From the NCBI GenBank assembly GCA_041660885.1, contig JBAZVM010000001.1:102698-166697 (forward strand): 64,000 nt of DNA, given 5' to 3'. The notes below the pieces were generated by a model. It was given only the letters and a program-made list of their open reading frames with translations. It had not been told where the DNA came from and did not search any database. Position numbers and translations under genes: made by a program. Origin of the DNA: Patescibacteria group bacterium. Lineage in GTDB: Bacteria; Patescibacteriota; Patescibacteriia; UBA9570; JAHJKD01. Below, piece after piece: positions 25,726 to 37,172 of this stretch. Each line of letters begins with the position of its first letter. The first letter of the stretch is position 1.

Positions 25726-26283
25726 ATGAAGAAAAAAATAAAAACAGACGATTTAAACAAAAAGTGTCCGCTGAACAAACAAATAAAAATAATTACCGAT
25801 TCCTACGACGATATTTTTTCCGATTTCGATCCCCGACCCTTTAATGTGCGTGAATTATCAGAAGATTTTTTACGGGAGCTAAAAAGAGCCAGCTTGCAAA
25901 AGGATGAGTGCGGATTATTATTGACGATCATGGTGCCGAAAGCCAAACGAAAAATAAAAGAAGAAGACGTAATAAGAAAGAGAATCGCTTCTTATATAGG
26001 AGATAATTGCAAGTTAATAAAAAGAGACATAGCAAATTTTAGAATAAAGGGTTTAATTTTTTTGGTAATCGGCTTGGCCATGATGATGTCCGCTAGTTAC
26101 ATCGCCACCTTGGAATCAAAACTAATTTATATACAATTTCTTTTTGTTTTATTGGAACCGACCGGTTGGTTTACCACTTGGCAAGGGCTGGAGCACTTAA
26201 CGGATAAAATAATTTTGAAAAGAAAAGATTTGGCTTTTTACAGAAAGATGGCCAATTGTACTATAAGATTTATTTCTTACTAA
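25726..26283 (+). CDS. hypothetical membrane protein
   Basis: 185-aa ORF with two C-terminal hydrophobic segments; no family recognised. Confidence 0.4.
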   Translation: MKKKIKTDDLNKKCPLNKQIKIITDSYDDIFSDFDPRPFNVRELSEDFLRELKRASLQKDECGLLLTIMVPKAKRKIKEEDVIRKRIASYIGDNCKLIKRDIANFRIKGLIFLVIGLAMMMSASYIATLESKLIYIQFLFVLLEPTGWFTTWQGLEHLTDKIILKRKDLAFYRKMANCTIRFISY

Positions 26284-26933
26284 AAGAGAAAGTTTTTGCG
26301 AAAATTTTTTATTATCAAATCAGCATGCTTTAAATCGGAAGCGGGCTGCGTGTTGGTAATGCCTATGGCTTTATAAAATTTTCCCGCTTTGGCCGCGTTT
26401 ATGCCTAATGGCGCATCTTCGATCACAATGGCCTCTTGCGGCCGTACCTTTATTTTTTTCGCGGCGAGCAAATAACAATCCGGATGCGGCTTGCCGTGCC
26501 TAATATCTTTAGCTGTAACGATGCGATCAAAATATTTTTTTATTTTGAGCTTATTCAGTAAAAAACTCATCATGTGGGGTTGCGCTGAAGTGGCGATAGC
26601 GGTTTTAATTTTATTTTTCTTTAAAAATTTTAAAAAGTCTGTTAATCCCGGAGTCGGCTTTATATTTCTAAGAAATTTTTTACTGTATTTATCTTTTATT
26701 TCCGTCAGACGCACCCTTTCTGAATAAGGAATATTCAAACCGGTAACTCTGGTTATGGTATCCGGCCCCTGGCGCGCGTTTAAATATTCAAAGAAATATT
26801 TTTTTGTTAAGCGCACATTAAATTTTTCCTTGAATAATTGTTGCCAGGATTTTAAATGCGCGGGAATAGTATCTGCCACTACGCCATCCATATCAAATAT
26901 TACTGCTTTTATTTTTTTCTTTTGTAATTTCAT
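26280..26933 (-). CDS. HAD-IA hydrolase, beta-phosphoglucomutase-like
   Basis: KAVIFDMDGVVADT (motif I), TSA (motif II), and EDAPLGINAAKAAG-like motif IV. The start is set at MKLQKKK. Confidence 0.7.
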   Translation of the reverse strand: MKLQKKKIKAVIFDMDGVVADTIPAHLKSWQQLFKEKFNVRLTKKYFFEYLNARQGPDTITRVTGLNIPYSERVRLTEIKDKYSKKFLRNIKPTPGLTDFLKFLKKNKIKTAIATSAQPHMMSFLLNKLKIKKYFDRIVTAKDIRHGKPHPDCYLLAAKKIKVRPQEAIVIEDAPLGINAAKAGKFYKAIGITNTQPASDLKHADLIIKNFRKNFLF

Positions 26934-27030
26934 ATTCATAAGAATATAAATTAATAGTGAATCTGGCAAGTGTTTTGATATTTATTGGAATATGAGATAA
27001 TATTAAATAATAATAAATTAATAAATATAT

Positions 27031-27996
27031 ATGCATAGTTTAGAAGCAGCACTTAATAGTGGACTGAAAAAAGGAGAAACTGGGAATAACGATGAGATAG
27101 ACAGAGAAATAAATGAGATAACCAGAGAAACAGTAGAAAGAAATTACGGTGAAGTTATCAGTGCTAGGGACGAAGGGTATAATAACGATGTAGCGGCAGA
27201 TGAAAAAAGAGGGCCGATGCGAGAATCGTTAAATGTGCACAACGGTATAGTATTGGATTACGCGATCGCGTTGATTAAAGCGCGACATCTTACTGCCGAG
27301 CAAGAAGTGGCTGCGATTACCGCTACTATTTTGCACGATGGAGGTAAATTGAATTCTTCTTTGTTAGAGCATCATATAGCGGGCAAAGAGCGAGCGGGAG
27401 CCATCTTGGATAAATTGGCAAAAACCGCCAACGGTACTATCGATGGCATTAATATCAGCGCTATCAGAGAAAAAGTGTTGGAAGCCATTGATCGGCACAT
27501 GAATCATCCTTTTCTGGTTATGCTAAATAAAGGAAAAGAATTCCCCCAGCCGCAAGATGAAGTTGATGAAGTTGTTTTTGACGCTGATATGCTAGCCAAT
27601 ATTGGTTTTAAAAATGTCGGCCTCCGTTTAAACAGCCCTAAATATTTAGAAGAAGACGCGGGAAAAGCAAAAGCCAATGGTACCAGTGTAATTGAGGAGT
27701 CGTTTAAAAATGTCATGGAAGGCGTTGAAGGCATGCAAAGCACGGTTCTTTCTAAAGAAGCGGAAAAAATTTGCAGAGATACCATAAACAAAGCCACTGC
27801 CATATTTGAAGATATGCAAAGTAAAGGTGTATTTGAAAAATATACCCCAAAGGAAGAAACAGATAAAGTCATTGAGGACCCTAGCTTGGTTATTAGCAAA
27901 TGTTCTGAGATAAAAACTAGCCTTAATCAAGAAATTTTAAAGACTGCCGGAGAAAAAGGCATTGATGAATCACTCGCCAAGAAATTTATAATGTAA
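27031..27996 (+). CDS. HD-domain phosphohydrolase-like protein
   Basis: VHNGIVLDYAIAL...AATILHDGGKL...EHHIAG...DADMLANIG fits the H..HD..H..D pattern. Confidence 0.4.
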   Translation: MHSLEAALNSGLKKGETGNNDEIDREINEITRETVERNYGEVISARDEGYNNDVAADEKRGPMRESLNVHNGIVLDYAIALIKARHLTAEQEVAAITATILHDGGKLNSSLLEHHIAGKERAGAILDKLAKTANGTIDGINISAIREKVLEAIDRHMNHPFLVMLNKGKEFPQPQDEVDEVVFDADMLANIGFKNVGLRLNSPKYLEEDAGKAKANGTSVIEESFKNVMEGVEGMQSTVLSKEAEKICRDTINKATAIFEDMQSKGVFEKYTPKEETDKVIEDPSLVISKCSEIKTSLNQEILKTAGEKGIDESLAKKFIM

Positions 27997-28038
27997 TTTC
28001 TTAGAATAAAAAAATAACCCCACGTTTTAACGTGTGGG

Positions 28039-28827
28039 TTATTTTAGTTTAGTTAATAATTCCCTTAGATTTTCAAAAACATAATCCGGTTCTAAATCTG
28101 ATTTTTGTAAATCTGATTTTTTTGTTTCACCGGATAAAACTAAAATAGATGTAAGCTTATGGTTTATGGCCATTTTCATGTCCGTATATAATCTATCTCC
28201 TATTATGGCCATGGTTTCCGGCTTTAAGCCAAGGCGCTTAGCCGCAGCCAGCACCATGCCTTTATTGGGCTTTCCTATATATAGCGGTATCCGACCCGTA
28301 GCTTTCTCTAGCAAGGCGGCTATGGCCCCACAATCGGGAATTGGGCCATTAATCGTTGGGCACACCAAATCCGGATTGGTGGCAATGTATTTAATTTTCT
28401 TGTTTGCCAGCAAATGCGCGGCAGTTTCCAACTTTTTATAAGTTAAAGTTTTATCAAAACTTAAAATTACGGCTTGCGGATTTCTATCTGTTAATTTTAT
28501 TTTTGCTTTTTTTATTTCTGCCTCGTAACTCGGCGTAGCTAATAAATATATTTTATTAATTTTATGGCTTTTTAAATATTCTATAGTCGCTTGGCCGGAA
28601 GTGATAATATTTTTTTCTTTAACTTGAGTAAGCCCCAGCTCATGAAATTTTTTAACATAATCTTTTACCGAAGAAGAAGGGTTATTCGTAAAAAATAAAT
28701 ACGGCTTTTTATTTCTATGCAAAAAATCTAAAAAATCTTTGGCACCAGGCAAAAGCCGGTGGCTTAAGTAAGTGGTGCCGTCCATGTCTATTAAGAAACC
28801 CTTAATATTTTTTAGATCCATATTCAT
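28039..28827 (-). CDS. HAD-IIA family hydrolase (NagD-like sugar phosphatase)
   Basis: GFLIDMDGTTYL...FFTNN...GKP...IGDRLYTDM. The start is set at MNMDLKN (28827); the 174-nt extension in the track ORF runs into GC-rich noncoding RNA-like sequence. Confidence 0.75.
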   Translation of the reverse strand: MNMDLKNIKGFLIDMDGTTYLSHRLLPGAKDFLDFLHRNKKPYLFFTNNPSSSVKDYVKKFHELGLTQVKEKNIITSGQATIEYLKSHKINKIYLLATPSYEAEIKKAKIKLTDRNPQAVILSFDKTLTYKKLETAAHLLANKKIKYIATNPDLVCPTINGPIPDCGAIAALLEKATGRIPLYIGKPNKGMVLAAAKRLGLKPETMAIIGDRLYTDMKMAINHKLTSILVLSGETKKSDLQKSDLEPDYVFENLRELLTKLK

Positions 28828-28861
28828 AGAATATAGATTACGCGGTCTTTTGACAAGCTTG

Positions 28862-29262
28862 GAGAGACCTGTTATTTTCTTGGTACTTGTTTCCAGTTCC
28901 GGCATGTCCAACGCAACCCCCATTAGCATGTTCCACTGCGCGTTGGGTGTGCCGGGACTTTTTTGCCCGTGCTTGTTCTGGGAGGGACAAGCCGCGGGCA
29001 AATAGCCGCTGCAAAGCGGGGGCTGACTTTCCGCCTAGGAAACGGATTGTTGGTCTGGTCCAGGTACGTGGTGCTGAAAAGCGGCTGTCTCCTAGTCCGG
29101 GCGGACGAGGGGAGAGACGGCCGAGCGAAGCTATTAAGCTTTCGCTCCCACGTACCTGCGGCCCTATTTTTCGGGGACGCACACAAGAGCTTAACGCTCT
29201 TCAGGAAGAGAAGAAGATATATTTGTTGATCACTGGCCGCTTCTCTTCCTGTTTGATTAGCT
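28862..29262 (-). ncRNA. unassigned GC-rich structured RNA candidate (strand tentative)
   Basis: About 400 nt and GC-rich, with junk ORFs on both strands. Helices include 29061-29071/29148-29158 (11 bp) enclosing hairpins 29082-29090/29114-29122 and 29123-29131/29138-29147. Further helices are 29203-29213/29240-29250, 28965-28999 and 28899-28955. An extended -10 (TGTATAAT, minus strand, 29263-29270) lies just upstream. Confidence 0.4.
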
Positions 29263-29332
29263 ATTATACATTTTGCGATATTTATAAAAATCATATAAAC
29301 TGCTGGCACCGTTGAGGCAGGAGGGTGAAGTT

Positions 29333-29503
29333 TTGGAAAAGTGTGTCAAATGTGGCACCCCGTGTATAACTACGTGGGGACCAGTTTGTATGAATTGTGT
29401 AGGAACTCTTTCGGAACTCGAACTGTCGATTCTCTGTCAGACGATAGAGAAAAAAAAGTTCGAAAAAGAAAAAGTCAAACCATCAAAAAAGGGGGACAAC
29501 TAA
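29333..29503 (+). CDS. small zinc-ribbon protein (CxxC...CxxC); start uncertain (TTG at 29333 follows a GGAGG)
   Basis: EKCVKCGTPCITTWGPVCMNCVG followed by a Lys-rich tail. GC-richer codons than the host genes. Confidence 0.4.
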   Translation: MEKCVKCGTPCITTWGPVCMNCVGTLSELELSILCQTIEKKKFEKEKVKPSKKGDN

Positions 29504-29677
29504 ACGGTGGGGTGCGCGCGAGATGAAATCGTCGACGCACCCCAAGAGAAAGACATTACTACTTTATATATTAAAAAAGGTTATTTACTATTCTACCCCC
29601 CGATCACTTGTCGTCGTGATCAGGGGTGGGTTTTTAAAAACCCTTCCCTCCGAATTTACCGCTAAAACCCCCTCCGT

Positions 29678-30280
29678 TTACGGGGTTTGGCCGGGCGATT
29701 TTTCTTCGTTTATCGCCCCAATCTCGTAGATCATGAGAGTTTGATCAATTGAGTCAACTCTTTCCTTGATGTTAGTCACAGCCCCGAGGCACATGGCCAG
29801 TACATCGAAGGTCTCTTCGGCCTTATCGATGCAGAATTTCTTCGCCTCTCGTTTTCTTTGATTCTCGATTATTACCTCGTCGAGGCTTTCGCGTTGGGCA
29901 TCTAACGACGCGTGGCAACCAGCAATTATCAATCCCGATTGCAAAAGCTCAGCTTCCTGTATCTGGTAGTTTTGGTAATTTTTGAGCGCTTCGGGGTGAT
30001 CTAGCGTCCATCTGTCGTGTTTCACGATGATTTCCCGCAGGTGGTCTCTGAATTCATCCGTTTCACGGTCTCCGCGTTCAAGCTGATCTCGCAGCTCGTC
30101 GATATGGCCAGGGAGTTCATTCGGATTTGTTTTAGCACAGATTTGGAGCATGGCTTGTTCTTCAAGCCTAACTAAATAGGCCCTCTGCCCACCAGCACTC
30201 CTCCCATTAGTGGAATCTTCCGGCTCCTCGGCGAACGAGAACACGGAGAACAGGGACACCATGACAACGATGAACATCAT
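29678..30280 (-). CDS. secreted hypothetical protein with atypical GC-rich codon usage
   Basis: 200 aa. Signal peptide MMFIVVMVSLFSVFSFAEE, SD aaggaga upstream, and frequent ctg/gag/ttc/gac codons, unlike neighbouring genes. Confidence 0.55.
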   Translation of the reverse strand: MMFIVVMVSLFSVFSFAEEPEDSTNGRSAGGQRAYLVRLEEQAMLQICAKTNPNELPGHIDELRDQLERGDRETDEFRDHLREIIVKHDRWTLDHPEALKNYQNYQIQEAELLQSGLIIAGCHASLDAQRESLDEVIIENQRKREAKKFCIDKAEETFDVLAMCLGAVTNIKERVDSIDQTLMIYEIGAINEEKSPGQTP

Positions 30281-30366
30281 TGGATTCTCCTTTGGCCATT
30301 GGCCGAGTGTGTTTTATCAGTAAAATGACGGCTATGTCAACGATAGGGGTTGTTGAATAGGGACTA

Positions 30367-30395
30367 TTGACAGCTTTCCCGACTTTGCCTATAAT
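30367..30395 (+). promoter_or_regulatory. perfect-consensus sigma70 promoter TTGACA-17-TATAAT
   Basis: ttgaca gctttcccgactttgcc tataat, read directly; about 280 nt upstream of the 23S 5' stem. Confidence 0.65.
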
Positions 30396-30523
30396 TACGG
30401 ATGCTAAACGAAAAAAGTGATAAGTTAGCCAAAAAATTAACGATTAACCGGAGGAATATGCAACATTTAACCAATAATCTTACAAAATCAAGCGGTTGAT
30501 TAATTTTCTTGCAATATTCTTTG

Positions 30524-30548
30524 AAGCCGCTTGAAAGCGGTTTTTTTA
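30524..30548 (+). terminator. short hairpin plus T7 run (possible terminator or attenuator)
   Basis: gaagccgcttgaaagcggttttttt. Confidence 0.4.
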
Positions 30549-30674
30549 GTCCTTAGCTATAGATATGTGCACAACCTGTAGATATGTGTAGCTAAAACGA
30601 GAACTTTGACAATTGAATACTAGTATAGTGATTTAATCAAAAGTGTTTTGAATTTTTTAACCGACAATATGTCG

Positions 30675-33597
<2,923 letters not shown>

Positions 33598-33781
33598 ATA
33601 TTGACGGTTAAATCCAAATATTTTATACTAGTCCAATGGAACATTTAAAACGTTATTCGGTTGCCTGGAAACTAGTCGGAGTATTCTTTGCCTTAACGAT
33701 GATAATTACATTCGTTTTGCTCAATACCACTCCCGCTATTGCCGGTAACTAAACACCATACCTCATGAGAGGGTGATGGTG

Positions 33782-33891
33782 TTCTGGTGCTTCAAGCGAA
33801 GGGGTCACACCTGTTCCCATTCCGAACACAGTCGTTAAGCCCTTCAGCGCCGATGATACTACTTCGTGGAAAAGTAGGTCAGCGCCAGAAC
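33782..33891 (+). rRNA. rrf: 5S ribosomal RNA
   Basis: TCTGGTGCTTCAAGCGAAGGGGTCACACCTGTTCCCATTCCGAACACAGTCGTTAAGCCCTTCAGCGCCGATGATACT...GCGCCAGAAC. Confidence 0.9.
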
Positions 33892-33928
33892 ATTGTCACT
33901 CTCTTTTTTGTTTGTTATAAATATTATT

Positions 33929-35119
33929 ATGAAAACAGTCGCGGGAAACATTAAGAAATTCTATTTATACCGCTTTTTAATCGGCGGGCATTTTATCATT
34001 GCCGTGATGATTCCTTTTTATACCGAATGGGGACATCTTAATATCGGCCAAATAATGACTCTGCAAACCATTTTTTTGTTGAGTTCTTTGTTTTTCGAAA
34101 TACCCACCGGAGTAATCGCCGATAAATATACCAGAAAACTCTCCATGATTATCGGCGCGGTTATTAGCGTTTTAGGAGTTTTGGTTTACGTGGCTTATCC
34201 CAGCTTTTGGATATTCGCTTTGGGCGAAATTATCTGGGGTTTGGGCATGGCTTTTTATTCCGGAGCGGACGAAGCATTTTTATACGACTCCTTAAAGCAG
34301 TTAAAAAGGGAAAAAGAATCAAAAAAAATTATCGGCCGCGCGCAAAATTATTATTTATTCGGTTTATTGGTTGCGGCACCTATCGGCAGTTTGATATATT
34401 TTTTTTCGCATCATTTGCAATATCCAATTTTTTTTATGTCCATTCCTTTCGGCTTAGCCGCCATCGTTTGTATGGCTATGGTAGAGCCTAAAAGGTTTTC
34501 CGAGGAATCGGAAGCTGCCAAATATATTACCATTTTAACAGAAGGCACTAAGCATCTTATTAACCATAAAGTTCTTAGAATTTTAGTTTGGGACGGGATA
34601 TTGGTGGGAACCATGCTTTATTTCATTATTTTTTTTGACCAAGCCATATTCATGAAATTGAATATCGATATTAAATATTTTGGTTTATTAAAATCATTGG
34701 TCATTGGCACGGAAATAATTGTGATTACTCAATTTAATCGACTGGAGAAAATTTTTCATTCCAAAAAAGGCTTCCTGATGTTTACCGGCATATTTTCCGG
34801 AATAATGTTTCTGGCCATAGGTTACAGCACTCTAGTGCCCTTAGTTATTCTAGCCGTTACTTGCGCCGCGGGCTTTGGCTTGTCGCGCGAAACTTTGTAT
34901 ACCAATTATTATAATAAATTCATTCCATCGGATAAACGCGCTACTATTCTTTCTTCCATAAGTATGATTCGCTGTTTGTCTATCGCCATTATTAATCCTT
35001 TGGTTGGTTTACTGGCTGATTGGTCGCTCTCATATACCTTTTTAACTTTAGGAAGCTTGATATTAGTTTTTTCTTTGATTTCCAGCTTTAGAATTAAAGA
35101 AAAAATGCTGATTGATTAA
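33929..35119 (+). CDS. MFS transporter
   Basis: About 12 hydrophobic segments; ..EIPTGVIADKYTRKLSM.. resembles the MFS loop 2-3 motif. The start is set at MKTVAGN so the CDS does not overlap the 5S gene. Confidence 0.7.
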   Translation: MKTVAGNIKKFYLYRFLIGGHFIIAVMIPFYTEWGHLNIGQIMTLQTIFLLSSLFFEIPTGVIADKYTRKLSMIIGAVISVLGVLVYVAYPSFWIFALGEIIWGLGMAFYSGADEAFLYDSLKQLKREKESKKIIGRAQNYYLFGLLVAAPIGSLIYFFSHHLQYPIFFMSIPFGLAAIVCMAMVEPKRFSEESEAAKYITILTEGTKHLINHKVLRILVWDGILVGTMLYFIIFFDQAIFMKLNIDIKYFGLLKSLVIGTEIIVITQFNRLEKIFHSKKGFLMFTGIFSGIMFLAIGYSTLVPLVILAVTCAAGFGLSRETLYTNYYNKFIPSDKRATILSSISMIRCLSIAIINPLVGLLADWSLSYTFLTLGSLILVFSLISSFRIKEKMLID

Positions 35120-36433
35120 AATTTTTCTATCATTTTTCATAAGTAGCGGTATTGAAACGATAAAGAATAGCGTAAAGCTGAGCCAAATGGGAGCAACATA
35201 GGAAACTATGCCGATAATAGTAAAAGCCATTAACCATTTAAATTGTCCGTTAATAACTGCCCACGGTAAAATCCATAAAAAATACCAAGGCATAATCCAG
35301 GTGAGCGGAATGAAAATTAAGAAAAAAATAATATTAAATCCAGCTTGAAAAAAATTATTAGAACTTATTTTGTCCGTAAGAAAATATTTTTTTATAAGAA
35401 AAAGATACACTAAGCCGTATAATCCGATAACTAAATATTTCGTAATTTCGGCTGGAAAATTAAAAAATGATTGACCCAATAGCCTAATAAAATAAAATAT
35501 TGGCGAATTCGAATAAACATGAATCATGCCGTTTTGAGTTATTAAGCCGTTTAAAGTAGCCCATCCTTGCCAAATTGGCGCATACGCAGTTGCTACTAAT
35601 GTTAGTCCCAATAGAATTAAAAAAATAAGATATTTTTTTTTCTTTTTCAAACAAAAAAGAAAAATTAAGTAAGCGGCAATTATAGGCAAAGTAACAAATT
35701 TAATTAAAAAAGAGATTAACAATGCCAAATAAGTCAAAGTGTATTTTTTTTGCATCACAAAATAAATAGCCGCGATGACAAAAAAAAGCAGAGCCGCGTC
35801 GTTGTGTCCATTTACGGCTGTTTCAAAAATAAATAATGGATTAAAAATAATTAAATAAAAGCCGGTTTTTGCTTGAACAGGATTAAGTGTCTTTAGAATC
35901 TTATATAATAATAAAGAACCGCCTAGAAAGAAAAACACAGCCAACAAACGCATTAATATAATATTCAAAAAGTAGTTATTATTGGCCAAATAGCTGGGGA
36001 TCAAAGTCATATAAAACCATAATGGGCCATAATTATTGGTTAGATTGCTCCAGATGCCTTCGCAAACAAAAGCGCAAAAAGAATCGCCTGTATAATTTTC
36101 TGGCGATGCTATATAAGGATTCTGATGATAATGAGTAAAAATACGTGCATGAAAATTATAATAAAGAATATCCGATGAAGCTAAGAAGCTTTGACTTACT
36201 AAAACGCCGCAAAAAAATAAAGAAATTAATAAAATAACCCACCAAGGCACTTTAGCAATCCACCATGATCGAAAATAGTATAGTAAAAAATAAAATAAAA
36301 AAATAATAAGCAGATAAAAAAGTTTGCTATCAACGATATCGTAGTTAATTCGTGTTATTAAAAAAAAGCAATAGAAAATTAACAAAGAAATTAAATAAAA
36401 GACCAAATATTTTTGCCGGAACGGCTTAATCAT
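35063..36433 (-). CDS. GT-C-fold polytopic membrane glycosyltransferase (DUF2029/GT87-like)
   Basis: 456 aa and highly hydrophobic, with a ..NGHNDAALLFFVIAAIY.. motif. Overlaps the upstream GT2 gene by 8 nt. Confidence 0.5.
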   Translation of the reverse strand: MIKPFRQKYLVFYLISLLIFYCFFLITRINYDIVDSKLFYLLIIFLFYFLLYYFRSWWIAKVPWWVILLISLFFCGVLVSQSFLASSDILYYNFHARIFTHYHQNPYIASPENYTGDSFCAFVCEGIWSNLTNNYGPLWFYMTLIPSYLANNNYFLNIILMRLLAVFFFLGGSLLLYKILKTLNPVQAKTGFYLIIFNPLFIFETAVNGHNDAALLFFVIAAIYFVMQKKYTLTYLALLISFLIKFVTLPIIAAYLIFLFCLKKKKKYLIFLILLGLTLVATAYAPIWQGWATLNGLITQNGMIHVYSNSPIFYFIRLLGQSFFNFPAEITKYLVIGLYGLVYLFLIKKYFLTDKISSNNFFQAGFNIIFFLIFIPLTWIMPWYFLWILPWAVINGQFKWLMAFTIIGIVSYVAPIWLSFTLFFIVSIPLLMKNDRKILINQHFFFNSKAGNQRKN

Positions 36434-37130
36434 GTGTACGAAATTTTAGTTGCCACATGCCGGAAAGGTCATTGGCTATAGTTGGTATAATTCTAACTTT
36501 TGTATGCGGGTCGTCTTGCCAGGAAACCGGTTGTTCAAAAATTTTATATTTTTTTTGGCTGGCCAAAATTAACAATTCGGTATCAAAAAACCATTGCTCG
36601 TTGCGTATATGCGGCAATACGTTTTTTTGGACTGTTCGAGAAATAAATTTACATCCGCATTGGGCATCGGAAAAATTTATCCTAAAAAAAATTTTCAATA
36701 ACAAATTATATGTGCGTGAAAGGATTTCGCGTTTGAAAGAACGCTTAGTATTAGCCGAGGGAGACAAACGGTTACCAATAGCCAGGTCGAATCCTTTGGA
36801 GATGGAATCGATCATTGGTAAAATATCAATTAAGCTTGTAGATAAATCAATATCCATATAGCCATATATATCAACGGAATTTTCCAGCCAGGTAGTTTTT
36901 AAAGCCAGGCCGCGACCGGCTCGGTTGATACGCCGATATTGAACATGGGAGTATGATTCGGCTAATTGTCGGCCGATGCGACTTGTTCGATCGGTAGAGC
37001 CGTTATCGGCAATGATTAATTTCCAAGGCGTAGAAATATTTTTTTGTAAAAATTTATGCAGAATTGGCAGATTTTTTGGTAAGTCTGTTTCTTCATTATA
37101 GACCGGTAAAACTATACATATTTTTAGCAT
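36426..37130 (-). CDS. family 2 glycosyltransferase (polyprenol-phosphate sugar synthase-like)
   Basis: MLKICIVLPVYNEE...IIADNGSTDRT...MDIDLS. The start is set at 37130. Confidence 0.75.
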   Translation of the reverse strand: MLKICIVLPVYNEETDLPKNLPILHKFLQKNISTPWKLIIADNGSTDRTSRIGRQLAESYSHVQYRRINRAGRGLALKTTWLENSVDIYGYMDIDLSTSLIDILPMIDSISKGFDLAIGNRLSPSANTKRSFKREILSRTYNLLLKIFFRINFSDAQCGCKFISRTVQKNVLPHIRNEQWFFDTELLILASQKKYKIFEQPVSWQDDPHTKVRIIPTIANDLSGMWQLKFRTHD

Positions 37131-37172
37131 TGTTTGATTATAACAATTTTTAGTGTAAAATGAAATAATTAT

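Noticed and set aside
28862-29262. Calling this block tmRNA (ssrA).
   Set aside because: The A-rich ..GAAAAAUAG.. resume-like context and the stop codons in a hairpin loop are suggestive. However, I could not find the GGGG...GGAUUCGAC 5' end, a T-arm (GGUUCGA-type) or an acceptor 3' strand on either strand, and the implied tag is atypical. It is kept as an unassigned ncRNA.
28828-29315. The N-terminal extension of the HAD-IIA ORF (to 29001) and overlapping ORFs 28838-29182(-), 28887-29315(+), 28923-29309(-) and 28963-29229(+).
   Set aside because: Four mutually overlapping ORFs on both strands with Arg/Pro/Gly-rich junk sequence are characteristic of a GC-rich structured RNA region, not of coding sequence. 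The HAD domain begins at MNMDLKN (28827).
30606-30632. A second TTGACA just upstream of the 23S gene as the rRNA promoter.
   Set aside because: No acceptable -10 hexamer lies at 16-19 nt spacing; TATAGT is only 12 nt away.
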